From NCBI RefSeq assembly GCF_009914755.1, contig NC_060935.1: a stretch of 64,000 nt of DNA. One strand, given 5' to 3'. How positions within the stretch are numbered: position 1 is the stretch's first letter; each line of letters begins with the position of its first letter. The translations under genes and the position numbers were made by a program. The stretch comes from the human T2T-CHM13v2.0 reference genome, Homo sapiens. The notes beneath the pieces were generated by a model, which was not told where the DNA came from, searched no databases, and saw only the letters and a list, made by a program, of their open reading frames with translations. Below are positions 1 to 14,787 of the stretch, piece after piece.

Positions 1-59
1 AAACAGTGAAGTAATTAAGAGTAATAGGGAGTTGGAGTGATCTAGTTTTACATTGTGTG

Positions 60-1000
60 GTCAGGAAAACTTATCTGAGATTGGAATGACAGGAAAGACT
101 CATCATTATGGATCATGGAAAGGAGTTTGGAAGCCATTACAGGGTTTTATCCAGGGATGTAAAATGATCTCATTTACAGTTTAAAAAGCTCAGTCTGGCT
201 ACTAGGCAAAGAATGGGTTGTAGAAGTTTCAAGATTATGAGCAAAAGATCAGTTATTGCCTGAGTCCAGGAAAGAGGTGATACTGTTTAAACTAAGATGG
301 TAGCAATGGAGATAGAGAAGAGGAGAAAGATTCTCCACATATATTGTAAAAAAAAATATGGCAGAACTTTGAGAGGAATGAGAGAAGTAAATGAATCAAG
401 GACAATTTATGACTACCTGTATGAATCTTGGAAACATTTCTGAGCTGGAGAAAACTAGGGACAAATGCATTTTGGAATATAAATCAAGAATTCTACTTTG
501 ATCATACTGAGTTTGAGATGTCTCCTAGACAGGTAAATGGGATATTAAGTAGGCAATTAGATATGCAAGTCCTAAGTGCAGTGGAGAAATCAGAGCTGGA
601 GACAAATACTTACAAGTTATGGAAATCATCGATAGTATTTAAGCCAGGGAGTGGGTATCACCCCAAATTAGCATATAGATAGAGCAAAGTGGATGCATAG
701 GAATGAACCCCAGGGCACTCCAACTTTAGAGGCCAAGCAGCTGAGTGGGGATTGGCAAAGGAAAATGGGAAGGAGTGACCAAGGAAGCAGGAGGAAAACA
801 CAGAGAAATCTGTGGCACAGAAACAAAGGAAAGTGAGTGAGTGAATAAAGAAGGCACAGTCAATTGGGTCAAACACTACTGAGAGGCTGAGTTGGATGAA
901 GACAAAGAAGTAGCCATTGGATTTAGCAACACAAAGGCCATTAGTACCGCTGGCAGGAGCGATTTAGAACATAAACCCAACTGGAATGTGTTGTAACAGA
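60..1000 (-). mobile_element. Ancient L2 LINE fragment
   Basis: purine-rich degenerate sequence with L2-like phrases (tttgagatgtctcctagac...agtaggcaattagatatg); boundaries approximate. Confidence 0.6.
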
Positions 1001-1296
1001 GAATAGGAGGTAGCAAGGACAAAAAACTATATGTTTTCAAGAAGGTTTTATAAAAAGGGGAGAAGATATGTAGCCATACCTCAAGAGACACATGTAATAT
1101 CAAGGGATTTCTCTCTCTCTCTCTCTCTATCTCTGTATATATAGAATATTTGCACACATATGGAGAATATTTACATTCTATATACCCACATATATGTATT
1201 TAAATTTATGTTTTCTTTTTTAAGATGCAAACTATTAGAGAGTAGTCTATTTGTTTCCTAAACAAATGACCCAGTTGAAAGGATTGGGTTGATGAC

Positions 1297-2082
1297 CGTG
1301 TCAGTTATTGATTTATTACCTCTTGACTCCAAATTTGCCTTTGTATACATTCTCTGCAATCATGGACAGAAGTGCCTTAAGCACCATCCTGTATAGTGAG
1401 CACTTTGCTAAGCTTTCTCAGCAGAGGGCTTGGGAGGGGCATTGCAGAAAGAAGGAACTCTCCTGCTGTTTCTGGTGGCCGTGCAGTAGGCTAGTGTTTT
1501 TGGTATGGGGACATCCAGTAGGGCTCTTCCCCAGCCATGTTCCCAGAATAAGCAATCTTTTGGCAACCTTGCAGCCTCATCCTGGCCTGGCAATAACCTT
1601 TCCTAGCCTTCCACATTGGCTACAGCACCCCAGCACTCCCTGTATGTGAAGGCCTACTGCTTGCATGGGCACTCGATTCCCCATGCAGGCCCCCTGCACA
1701 GCTCATCTTTGTCCTAGGCCCTCACCTACTTGTTCACACCCCTGGTTCATGATTGCCTGAACCCTGCCTGGACTATGGAGGATTCCCTTCTGCTTGTCCA
1801 GCAACTGCAGACCCGCTCTAGCCTGGGAAAACCAACGATCTCTGCTTTCCAGTGAAATGAACTATACATTTCCCAATAAGGCTGAACGGCAGCCTTGGGG
1901 AGGGACCTTCTTTCAAGTTTTTTTTGGACACCGTCCCTCAGCCTTAGGCATACCACATAGAGATTCCTTTTATCTTATAGTCACTCATTTATCAGAGTTT
2001 AGTAATTCTTTATATCAAACTTTCCCCGTTTGGCCCACTGGGTGGTTTCTACCTCCTCATTGGACCCAGACTGTTAGTTACA
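1297..2082 (+). mobile_element. Old ERVL-class solo LTR (LTR33-like)
   Basis: starts tgtgtcagt, ends ...ggtttctacctcctcattggacccagactg...ca, typical of ERVL LTR 3' ends. Confidence 0.5.
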
Positions 2083-2984
2083 AGGATGAGAAAGATTATA
2101 ACTGTAAGGATTCAGCACAAACTGGTACTTAGAATATACTTTTTATTTTTTTTAAATACCCTCTCTTGAAAAAAATACCTCACCTTGTCAGTTTCTTTTC
2201 AGTATATTCTTTAATATGCTTGCCTCTTGTTAATAATTTCCCTTGGACATTTTTACAATGTTTTTTCTTTGTGGAGTATTTTTCCAAAATATTTAAGAAT
2301 CCATTCAGCTCCAAGGGCTATATGTCAGTCATTTTTACTTTTTCCCTCTGTTGGAAGAACAACTTGTACTTTCGATATATATATATACTGGCCAATCATC
2401 TCAGACAAGAAATAAACATATGAAACATCACACAGACATTGCCACAGTGTGTATATTGATTTGGTTTTCAGAAGAACCATTAAGCCTTCATGGATTGCCC
2501 CTAGAAAGTGCTAACTTCTGAGAATTATCATTCTGAATGTATCTTTCTATCTGAGCTCACGTTCCCTTTTAGAGTTCACATATTACAAACATATATCTTC
2601 TTTTTCTTTTCTTAAAAAAAATCTCTGGGTCACATTCAAATTTTAGTTTCTGTGCTAAAATTATAGTGCTCTGTGTTCCTTTTAAATATTCTGCCCCTTT
2701 TGCAAGATCTTCAATACCTTTTATCCTTCCTTACCTCAAGTAGAAAGGGGTAGTGGAAAGTCACTCTATTAATAGAAGAAAGCAGGTGCTGTTCTACCAT
2801 TCCTGGAGCTTCACAACCCTTGTTCATTCTTACCTTAGCAGCTATAGTAGTCCATGGTGATGCTTGAGTTAAGGTACTGCTCCCCCCTCCCTTTATTTCC
2901 CCCTCTCTTCTTCACTCTCTTCCTCTCTTTCATTCCCTCTTTCTTATTTTCCCTCTCCCTTCCTTCCTCCCTCAACTACCCACC

Positions 2985-3410
2985 CATTATAATTAGGATA
3001 AAATTTAAACTCCTTGCCATAGGTAATAAGGCCACATAAGATCTAGCTCCTGCTTGTTTCTCTAACTTCTCAAGCCTCTGTCTTCCTCCATTTTGTCTCA
3101 CGGCTGCCTCCTTTTTATCTTTTCTATCCCACTTTCAATGCTTCTCTTCTGAGATGCTTTTCTAAATACCTAGTCACCTCCATCACCACCATGCCGTTAC
3201 CCTATCACTGATGTGATATGCTTTGTTCATATGACTTTATCATGAACTGTGGAATAATTTTATGTCTTTTTTGTTTATTATCTTTTTCCTTTATTAGAAT
3301 ATAAAATCTTTGATGGCAGAGATATCATTTGTCTTTTTGATGACTATATACCTAAAGACTAGAACAGTTCCTGGCACATGGTAGGGATTTAAAAAAAAAT
3401 GTTGACCATC
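2985..3410 (+). mobile_element. L2 3' fragment
   Basis: aggataaaatttaaactcctt...ctagaacagttcctggcacatggtagg resembles the L2 3' end. Confidence 0.55.
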
Positions 3411-4040
3411 TGAGTGTATGTGGGGCATTGGACTATGAACTGTGATTATTGGCAAATAAATAGAAAATGTATTATCTCCTGCTGCCCCCAAAAAACTGGA
3501 TAAACATATTTAAGTTGCCCTATTGTAATTGTTTTTTTCCAGATGCAAGTACTATTGCCATTCTTACTATTGGGTCAGGGGCCTGGTGGTATCTGGGGCA
3601 TGATGAAGGGTACAAAATTAAGGAAGAATATGGTACCAAACTGCTTGACAATAATCACATTGCTCTATTCAACTGAAATTCTCATATCCAACACTCTTTT
3701 TTGATCAAGTCTTGGGAAGGCCTATTAAAATGCAAATGAAAGTGATTAAAATGTTAACCTACATGTGTAGATTATAGGGACCATTGTTATTGATTATCTA
3801 CTTAATAGCTTTCAGACAATAGTGGCTCGCAAAGATGTTTTAAGCCGTGGAATTTTTTCAAACAAAAAGCTCACCCAGGATTCCATATACATATAGGTAA
3901 GAATGACTGATATTCTGGCTGAAGCAGTGGTATTGGAACTGGTACTCTGCCCCATGGGGCACCTCTCCTGACTCCTGCCCCTCAAGGTAGTGCCCAAAGT
4001 ACCACATGAGACCCAGAGAGCTGAAGATACTTATCCAGTC

Positions 4041-4703
4041 TTTTGTTGTTGTTTTTTGAGGCTGGGTCTTGCGCTGTCACTCTGGCCGTAGTGTAGTGGT
4101 GTGCCACTGCAGCGTCAAACCCCTGGACTCAAGTGACCCTTCCACCTCAGCCTCCAAATGAAGAAGGAATTAGTGAAATCAACTATAAGCTAATAGTAGT
4201 AGTAATAGATATTTTAAAATCCTCTTAAAGCTGCTGCAAAGTGTGACCCCTCACCCCCACACTCAAGTTAAAAGGGAGTATTAACAGCCTGTCTTCTTTC
4301 TGTGGACAGTGGACCTTATCTATACTCCCCAACTCTACATTCCTCAAAGTTTATTATAGGCCCAGAGAGTGCCTGCTTACCTTCCTACATGGCTGCAGGG
4401 TCACAAGACTGATAAGTTTAGGTTGCAAGACCTGTTTCTCTCAAGATGTAAGAAATGTTGTAATGCTGCATTTGTTTCTTGCTTCTGTAACTCGCTTCCT
4501 GCCTCACATGGTTCCCGCCTTAAGATGTTTAAAAGTAGGAAAAGCCCTTTGTTTGGGGCTCAGACTATCTGGACCTATGTACGGCTGAGCCAGTGATCAC
4601 CTTAATTTAATAAACTCTCCTGGACTTTTTTGGTCTCTCCAGTCTTTGACTGTCTTGCAACCCAAAGTGCTAGGATTACAGGTGTGAGCCACTGCACCCA
4701 ACC
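4041..4703 (-). mobile_element. Old Alu monomer (FLAM/AluJ-like) split by an LTR insertion
   Basis: T-rich tail and Alu body 4041-4158 ending cctcagcctccaaa, resuming caaagtgctaggattacaggtgtgagccactgcaccc at ~4663. Confidence 0.85.
4159..4662 (+). mobile_element. ERV1-class solo LTR inserted in the Alu monomer
   Basis: begins TG, ~500 bp, AATAAA at ~4609, flanked by a caaa/ccaaa duplication. Confidence 0.75.
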
Positions 4704-5158
4704 CTCCAAAGTCTTAAAATGATCAACAGCAACAAGACTAAAGACAAACTTCCTGAATTCTAGTGGCCCGTGCTTTTACCTGTGTTATCCTATAAACCTG
4801 GATGAAAAATACTATAGAATCAGATTAGAGCCTAGTATCAGGAGTTCCTACAGAGAGAGAAAATTTAGAGGTTTTCAGGACCCACATGTCCTTGCTTAGA
4901 ATTCTCTCTATGACTATGGGAGAATTGCCTCACAAGACTTCTCTTCTGACTTGGAAATTCATCTAGAGCTTGTCTTTAGTGATAGAAATAAACAAACAGG
5001 ACTGCTTTCTCCAAATTTTTATTTTAAAATTACTTTATCACTCTGAGTTTTCATGCATCAGAGAGAACTTTTACCCATAGGTGTCTTGACTTCCCATTGG
5101 TGAAGAGGGGTATGGCTCTGATCAAGAAGGGTAGGCTCTTTTCATGAGTATTTTTAGT

Positions 5159-5164
5159 TTTATT
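5159..5164 (-). terminator. Probable polyadenylation signal AATAAA of NXPE4
   Basis: tttatt on + strand ~190 nt downstream of the stop; an alternative hexamer lies at ~5018-5023. Confidence 0.6.
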
Positions 5165-5349
5165 TTTAAGTGGAAGCCCAGATTAGAAACATCTCATTTA
5201 GCTGAATTGGTGGCTTATGGATCAGCCATAATGTAGATTCTCTGCTCTTGCTAGTTGGGAATTCAGAGCCAAACACAGCATCTGGCCTGCTAGTAGACAG
5301 TCAATAAATTTTTTTACTTAAGTGAATGAATTTCAGACTTTTGTGTTAT

Positions 5350-5976
<627 letters not shown>

Positions 5977-6064
5977 TTAAATAAGCTAATCATGTCTAAT
6001 TTATTATAGGTTTAGATGAGGGGATGTTTTTGAAAATTATTTGAACAGTCAAAAGTGTTACGTA

Positions 6065-9000
6065 GCATCTTGGATTAAGATGGTGGATAGGAGGCAGGAC
6101 TAGCTTGCAGCTCTCACTCAGACAAACAGAGCAGCCTGTGGAGACTCACATCATGAACTTCTGCTCCAAGAACTGCCACAGGAACATACCAGGAAAGTCA
6201 GAAGAATCCATAGACCCTTTGAAGGAACAGGATCACCACTGCAGGCTCTCTGAGATGCTGAAAAACTGTGTCCCTAGGGCAAGTTTCCATCCTGCCTGTA
6301 GGACAGCAGCTGATGTGCTCTTGAAAGTGCCACCTGCTGGCTGGAGGCCAACGAACACAAAACCAGCACACTAAACAAAAACACAACCAAAGACCCTCAC
6401 AGAGTCCACTTCACTCCCCTGCTAACTCCACTGGAGCAGGTGCTGGTATTCAAGGCTGCAAGACCTGAAGATGGGTCACATCCTATGGGATTCTTTGCAG
6501 ACACTCTCCAGTACCAGCCCAGAGCCCAGTAGCTCCACTGGGTTGCGAGACTCAGGAAGCCCCATTCCTAGGGGAAGGGGGATTAAACCACATCAAGGGA
6601 GCACCCTGTGGGACAAAAGAATCTGAATAGCAGCCCTTGAATCCCAGATCTTCCCTCTGACATGTCTACCAAAATGAGAAGAAACCCCAAAACCAATTCT
6701 GGTAATATGACAAAACAAGATTCTTTAACTCCTGCAAAAGACCATACCAGTTCACCACCAATGGATCTAAACCAAGAAGAAATCTCTGAATTGCAGGAAA
6801 AATAATTTAGAAGGTTGATTATTAAGCTAATCAAGGAGGCACCAGAGAAAGGTGAAGTCCAACTTAAATTAAAAACATGATACAGAATATGAAAGGAAAA
6901 TTCTTCAGTGAAATAGATAGTATAAATAAAAAACAATCACAATTTCTGGAAATCAAGGATACACTTAGAGAAATGCAAAATGCACTGGAAATTCTCAGCA
7001 ATAGAATTGAACAAGCAGAAAAAAGAACCTCAGAGCTAGAAGACAAGGCTTTAGAATTAACTCAATCCATCAAAGACAAAAAGGATTTTAAAAAATGAAC
7101 AAAGCCACCAAGAAGTTTGGGAGTATGCTAAATGCCCCAACCTAAGAATAATTGGTATTCCCAAGGAAGAAGAGAAATTTAAAAGTCTGGAAAACATATT
7201 TGAGGGACTAATCGAAGAAAATTTCCCTGGCCTTGCTAGAGATCTAGACATCCAAATACAAGCAGCTCAAAGAACACCTGGGAAATTCATCACAGAAAGA
7301 TCATTGCCTAGGCACATAGTAATCAGATTATCTAAAGTCAAGATGAAGGAAAAAATCTTAAGAGCTGTGAGGCAAAGGTATCAGGTAACCTATAAAAGAA
7401 AACTTATCAGATTAACAGCTGATTTCTCAGCAGAAACCCTACAAGCTAGAAGGGATTGGGGTTCTATTTTAGCCTCCTTAAACAAAAAAATTATCAGTCA
7501 AGAATTTTGTATCCAGCAAAACTAAGCTTCGTAAATGAAGAAAAGATAGTCTTTTCGAGACAAATGCTGACAGAATTTGCCAGTACCAGCAAGCACTACA
7601 ATAACTACTAAAAGGAGCTCTAAATCTTGAAGCAAGTTATCAAAGCACACCAAAATAGAACCTCCTTAAAGCATAATTCTCAAAGGACCTACATGAAATA
7701 ATGCAATGAAAAGAAAAACAAGGTATTTAGGCAACAAGTAGCACAATGAATAGAATAGTATCTTATATCTCAATGCTAATATTGAATGTAAATGACCTGA
7801 ATGCTCTACTTAAAACGTACAGAATGGAAGAATGGGTAAGAATTCACCAGCCAAGTTTCTGCTGTCTTCAGGAAAGTCACCTATTTAATAACACATAAGA
7901 ACTCACATAAACTTAAGGTAAAGGGGTGGAAAAAGATATTCCATGCAAATGGGCACCAAAAGCAAGCAGGAGTAGCAATTCTTATATCAGACAAAACAAA
8001 CTTTAAAGCAACAGCAGTTTAAAAAGACAAAGAGGGACATTATATAATGATAAAATAACATTCAACAGGAAAATACCACAATTCTAAATATATATGCATC
8101 TAACACTGGAGCTCCCAAATTTACAAAACATTACTAATAGACCAAAAAAAATGAGAGATGGCAATACAATAGTGGGGAACTTTAACACTCCACTGACAGC
8201 GCTAGACTGGTCATCAAGACAGAAAGTCAACAAAGAAATAATGGACTTAAACTATACCCTAAAACAAATGAACTTAACAGATATTTACAGAACATTCTAC
8301 CCAAAAAGTGAAGAATATACATTCTATTTATCAGCACATGGAACATTCTCCAAGATAGAGCATATGATAGGCCACAAAACAAGTCTCAGTAAATTTAAGA
8401 AAATCAAAATTATATCAAGTACTCTCTCAGACCACAGTGGAATAAAATTGGAAATCAGCTCCAAAAGGAACCCTCAAAACCATGCAAATACATGGAAATT
8501 AAATAACCTGCTCTTGAATGATCATTGAGTCAACAATAAAATCAAGATGGAAATTAAAAAATTCTTTGAACTGAACCATAATAGTGATACAAGCTATCAA
8601 AACCTCTGGGATACAGCAAAAGTGATGTTAAGAGGAAAGTTCATAGACTTAAATGCCTACATAAAAGTCTGAGAGGGCACAAATAGATAAACTAATGTCA
8701 TAGCTCATGGAACTGGAGAAACAAGAATAATCCAAACCCAAACCTGGCAGAAAAAAAAATAATGAAGATCAGAGCAGAAGTAAATGAAACTGAAACAAAA
8801 GTAATACAAAAATAAATGAAACAAAAAGCTGGTTCTTTGAAAAGATAAATAAAATTGATAAACCATTAGCAAGATTAACTAAGAAGAGAGAAGATCCAAA
8901 TAAGCTCAATTAGAAATAAAACAGGAGATATTACAACTGATACCACAGAAATATGAAAGATTATTCAAGGCTACTGTGAACACCTTTAAGCACATAAACT

Positions 9001-11980
9001 AGAAAACCTAGAGGGGATAAATTCCTGGAAATATACAACCCTCCTAGATTAAACCAGGAAGATATAGAATCTCTGAACAGACCAGTAACAAACAGTGAGA
9101 TTGAAATGATAGTTAAAAAATTGCCAACACAAAAAGTTCAGGATAGATTCACAGCTGATTTCTGTCAGACATTCAAAGAAAAATTCAAACAAATCCTATT
9201 CACACTATTCCAAAAGACAGAGAAAGAGGGAATCCTCCCTAAATAATTCTATAAAGCCAGTATCATCCTAATACCTCAACCAGGGAAGGACACAACAAAA
9301 AAGAAAACTACAGACCAGTAACATCCCTTATGAACATAGATGCTAAAATCCTCACCAAAATACTAGCTAACCAAATCCAATGGCATATCAAAAAGATAAT
9401 CCACCATGATCAAGTGGGTTTCATACCAGGGACGCAGGGATGGCTTAACATACGTAAGTCAATAAATGTGATACACCATATAAATAGAATTAAAAACAAA
9501 AATCACATCATCGTCTCAGCAGACACAGAAAAAGCATTTGAGAAAATCCAGCATCCATTAGGATTAAAACCCTCAGCAAAATCAACATAGAAGGGACATA
9601 CCTTAAGGTAATAGAAGCCATCTACAACAAACCCCTAGCCAACATAATACTGAATGGGGAAAAGTTGAAAGCATTCCCTCTGAGAACTGGAACAAGACAA
9701 GAATGCCCATTCTCACCACCTATCTTCAACATAGTACTGGAAGTCCTAGCTAAAGCAATCAGACAAAAGGAAGAAATAAAGGACATCCGAATTGGTAAAG
9801 AGGAAGTCAAACTGTTGCTGTGGCTCATGATATGATAGTATACCTAGAAAACCCTAAAGACTTATCCAAAAAGCTCCCAGAACTGGTAAATGAATTCAGC
9901 AAAGTTTTAGGATACAAAATTAATATACACAAATCAGTAGCTCTGCTATACACCAACAGCAACCAAGCCGAGAATCAAATCAAGAGCTCAACTCCTTTCA
10001 CAATAGCTGTAAAATAAAATAAAATAAAATAAAAACCTTAAGAATACCTAGCCAAGGATGTCAAAGACCTCTACAAGGAAAACTACAAAACACCGCCCAA
10101 AGAAATTATAGATGACATGAATAAATGGAAACACATCACATGCTCATGGATGGGTAGAATAAATATTGTGAAAATGACAGTACTGTCAAAAGCAATCTAC
10201 AAATTCAATGCAATTTTCTTCAAAATACCACCATCATTCTTCACAGAACTAGAAAAAACAATTCTAAAATTCATATGGAACCAAAAAAGAGCCCACATAG
10301 ACAAAGTAAGACTAAGCAAAAAGAACAAATCTGGAGGCATAACATTACTGGACTTCAAACTATACTATAAGGCCATAGTCACTGAAACAGCATGGTACTG
10401 GCATAAAAATAGGCACATAGACCAATGGAACAGAATACAGAACCCAGAAATAAAGCCCAATACTTACAGCCAACTGATCTTTGACAAAGCAAACAAAAAC
10501 ATAAAGTAGGGGAAGAACACCCTGTTCAACAAATGGTGCTGGGATAATTGGCAAGCCACATATAAAAGAATGAAAGTGGATCCTCATCTCTTACCTTATA
10601 CAAAAATCAACTCCAGATGGATCAAAGACTTAAATTTAAGACCTGAAGCCATGAAGATTCTAGAAGATAACATTAGAAAAACCCTTCTAGACACTGGCTT
10701 AGGCAAAAACTTTATGACCAAGGACCCAAAAGCAAATGCAACAAAAACAAACATAAATGGATGGGACTTAATTAAACTAAAAACTTCTGCATAGCTAAAG
10801 ATATAATCAGCAGAGTTAACAGACAACTCACAGAGTGGGAGAAAACCTTCACAATTTATACAGTCAACAAAGGGCTCATATCCAGAATCTACAAAGAACT
10901 CAAAGAAATCAGCAAGAAAAAAAAAGTCCCATCAAAAAGTGGGCTATAGACATGAATAGACAATTCTCCAAAGAAGATATACAGATGGTGAACAAACATA
11001 TGGAAAAATGCTCAATATCACTATCAGGGAAATGCAAATCAAAACCACAATGTGATACCACCTCAGTCCTGTAAGAAAGGCCATATTCAAAAAAAATCAA
11101 TAATGTTGGTGTGGATGCAGTAAAAAGGGAACACTTTTACACTGTTGGTGGGAATGTAAACTAGTGTAACCACTAAGAAAAACAATGTGGAGATTCCTTA
11201 AAGAACTAAAAACAGATCTACCATTTGATCCAGCAATCCTGCTTCTTGGTATCTACCCAGAGGAAGAAAAGTCATTATACGAAAAAAATACTTGTACACA
11301 CATGTTTCTAGCAGCACAATTTGCAATTGCAAAAATAAGGAACCAGCCCAAATGCCCATTAATCAATGAGTGGATAAAGAAGATGTTTATATATATATAT
11401 ATACGTATATATATATAAAGTTATATATATATATATACATATATATATATAAAGTTATATATATATACGTATATATATATAAAGTTATATATATACATAT
11501 ATATATAAAGTTATATATATACACATATATATAAAGTTATATATATATATAATGTCATAAATATATATGTGTCATATATATATATATATATAAAATGTTA
11601 TACACACACACTGTGGAATACTACTCAGCCATGAAAAGGAATGAAAGAATGGCATGTGCAGCAACCTGGATGGAATGGGAGGCTATTATTCTAAGTGAAG
11701 TAACTCAGGAATGGAAAACCAAGCATCGTATGTTCTCACTCATATGTGGGAACTAAGCTATGAGGACGCAAAGGCTTAAGAATGATACAGTGGACTTTGA
11801 GGACTCGGAGGAAAGGGTCAGCGTTGGCGAGGGATAAAAGACTATACATTGGGCACAGTGTACACTGCTCGGGCGATGGGTGCATCAAAATCTCAGAAAT
11901 CACCACTAAAGAACTTATCCATGTAACCAAACACCACCGGTTCCCCAAAAACCTATTGAAATAAAAAACTTAAAAATTAA
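6065..11980 (+). mobile_element. Near full-length L1PB-type LINE-1, inactivated, antisense in the last NXPE4 intron
   Basis: 5'UTR, fragmented ORF1 (~6674-7660) and ORF2 (EN, RT, C-terminal pieces in the ORF track), 3' end ccccaaaaacctattgaaataaaaaa; TSD aaaagtgttaYgta at 6051-6064 and 11981-11994. Confidence 0.95.
11387..11610. repeat. Compound (TA)n microsatellite with repeated ...tatataaagt unit inside the L1
   Basis: five aaagt-punctuated TA runs seen directly. Confidence 0.95.
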
Positions 11981-13396
11981 AAAAGTGTTATGTAAATGTG
12001 AAAGATTACGTGCACGCCACCTTATAGAATCATGTGGAATCTAATGGAGTGGGGATGGAAAGGTAGTGAGGTAACTTCCTTGGAGGATTATGTGGTCAGT
12101 TTTGTAGATATTATTTTTGTACATTTTGTTGATTGTAGACTAAGCTCATTTGAGGCTAGAGGAAGGTACTAATTGGTCTTTACATAAAAAACAAGTAAAC
12201 CCTATTTCCCCAGCCACTCTTTAAATTCCCTCAAGACTGAAATTATATTCTGTACTTCTGTGTTTCCTTCACATATGCTTGGGATAATATTAAGTGCCAT
12301 ATCTATAATAATAAGTATTACTAGTCATTTGTGGAACCCTTTACGATATACAAAGCATTTATTTGGACTGATCTATCCATTCACCTCAAGGATCCTCTCA
12401 TGTATATTTAATTGACACATGAATAGAATAAAATGAAGTTCTTCCATTTTCATCACATTAATTAGACTTTTATCAGAACATCAGGGCTAACTGCTTTGTA
12501 GTTAGAACTTTTGAGGAAAATGTTCAGAGGAGGATTATTGATGCTTTGTAACATGGGATTGTCTTAGAAGCAAAGGGCTACATTTGAAGACTTAACCCAG
12601 TGAGGCTGGAAAACAGAGATGCTGTAGGGTGAGTTGGAAGAAAATGGCAGAGTTATTTTCTTCACTCTGCTTCCAACTTACTTCAGTTTTCTTTTCCAAA
12701 TCACACTCTGGCCATAGAATTTAACTTTTAACACAATGTACAACAGTTGTTTTTCTATGACAAATTAAAAGATGAGTCGAAGAGGGTAGGTAACTCCATA
12801 ACTCAGTCCTTTATATGACCCAAGAGAATCACTGTTACAGAATGTGATGCTAAAGGCTGTTACTAGACCCTGAATTTTGTAGATGAGGTAATTGAGGTTT
12901 CCCTAGGAGTTTAGTCATTTACCAGAGATCACAATTTAAAGCTCTTCCTTCCATTGAGAATTTTTCTTATAACTTAGAACTAAGGCCCTACCAATTTTCC
13001 CACTTTCATTGGATCAACTTTCCTTCTAAGTTTGAGATCATGAGTGGCCTCATTTTAGGAAGGCCAGGATGGAGCCACAGCTACTGCAATTCTCTCAGTG
13101 ATGAGAGCCAGGATCCGGGGTCATAGAGGGGTAGACAATAATGGTTTTGTAGGTGAGATGGCTAAGGTCTACTAGCAAATTCTGAGCTATTACTGGTGCG
13201 CTCTTGGTTTAGTAAATAGAGCAACTGAACTAGGATTTTAGCAACTGGGTTTTATCCCTGACCCTTAAATTAAGTAATGATAACAATTGCAATGGCTGTT
13301 GTTTTTTTGGGCACTTTCTGTGTGCCACTATGCCTTGCAATGTGTTAAACACTTTATATCCATTACTTCATTTAATCTTCTATACAGACTTGTACT

Positions 13397-13803
13397 TGTA
13401 TTAGTCTGTTTGCATTGCTATAAAGGAATACCTGAGGCTGGGTAATTTATAAGGAAAGGAGGCTTATTTGGCTGATGGTTCTTGCAGGCTGTACAAGCAT
13501 GGCATCGGCATCTGTTCAGCATCTGGTGAGGCCGGGAAGCTTTTAGTCATGGCGGAAGGGAAGGGGAGCCAGTGTGTCACATGGTGAGAGAGGGAGCAAG
13601 AGAGATGCCAGGCTCTTTTAAACAACCAGTTCTCACATGAACTGACAGAGCGAGAACTCACTCATTACCATGGGGAGGGCACCAAGCCAGTCATGAGAGA
13701 TCCACCTCCGTGACCCAAACACTTCCCACTAGGTCCCACCTCCAGTGTTGGAGATCATGTTTCAACATGAGATTTGGAGGGGACAATCAGTCAAACTATA
13801 TCA
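13397..13803 (-). mobile_element. MaLR solo LTR (MSTB-like) inserted in a MIR
   Basis: tgtattagtctgtttgcattgctataaagg...caaactatatca termini; MIR-like sequence on both sides. Confidence 0.85.
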
Positions 13804-14029
13804 CTATTATTATTCCTGGTTGATTGGTGAGAAACACCAGGCAGGGAAAATAAATAACATGCCCAAAGTCATTGTTTCTAAGTAGCATAGCCTAGATCTG
13901 TTAGACCCCAAGCCCATGCTTTACTTGTGTCTACCTGATGCAAAGTCTACCTCACTTCTGACATCTGTTCTCTTAGGTAATGATGACAGTAATGATACCT
14001 TACACCAAAGAGAAGTTATGTAAGAAACA

Positions 14030-14215
14030 ATATTCTAAATGCACTGTATGCATTACCTCATTTTACTAGGTAGAAACTCTTTTCATCTTCAGTTGACAGA
14101 TGAGAAAACTGAGGGATGGAATGGTTATGTAACTTGTTCAAAGTCACCCAGATAGGAGGTAGAGAAGTCAGGTTTTGAACCCAGGTTGTCTGGTTCTAGA
14201 ATCATACCCTTAATC
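14030..14215 (-). mobile_element. MIR SINE
   Basis: core acagatgagaaaactgagg...aacttgttcaaagtcacccag...tttgaacccagg. Confidence 0.75.
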
Positions 14216-14523
14216 ATTTTGCTGGTTCTAGAAGCTGGACAATTTAATATCTTACATTATCTTTGGTTCCATCAATAGTTTTTGGAGCCTACTGGGTACA
14301 TACTGAAGTGTGAATTCTGCAGAGATAGGGATGTAATAAACCTTTTTCTACACTGCTTTCCTTCCAGTTAGATAGCTGTATTGTTTTTTTAAAGGAAAGA
14401 TAACAATGCCTTGTGAAAAATTTTGGTGTGTTGTGATTGAAGAATATGAAAAAAAGAGGAATTTCCCATATTCCCTTCTCCCCTTTGAAATGGAAAAGAA
14501 GTTTCTGAAAGGGGTAAGAATTA

Positions 14524-14787
<264 letters not shown>

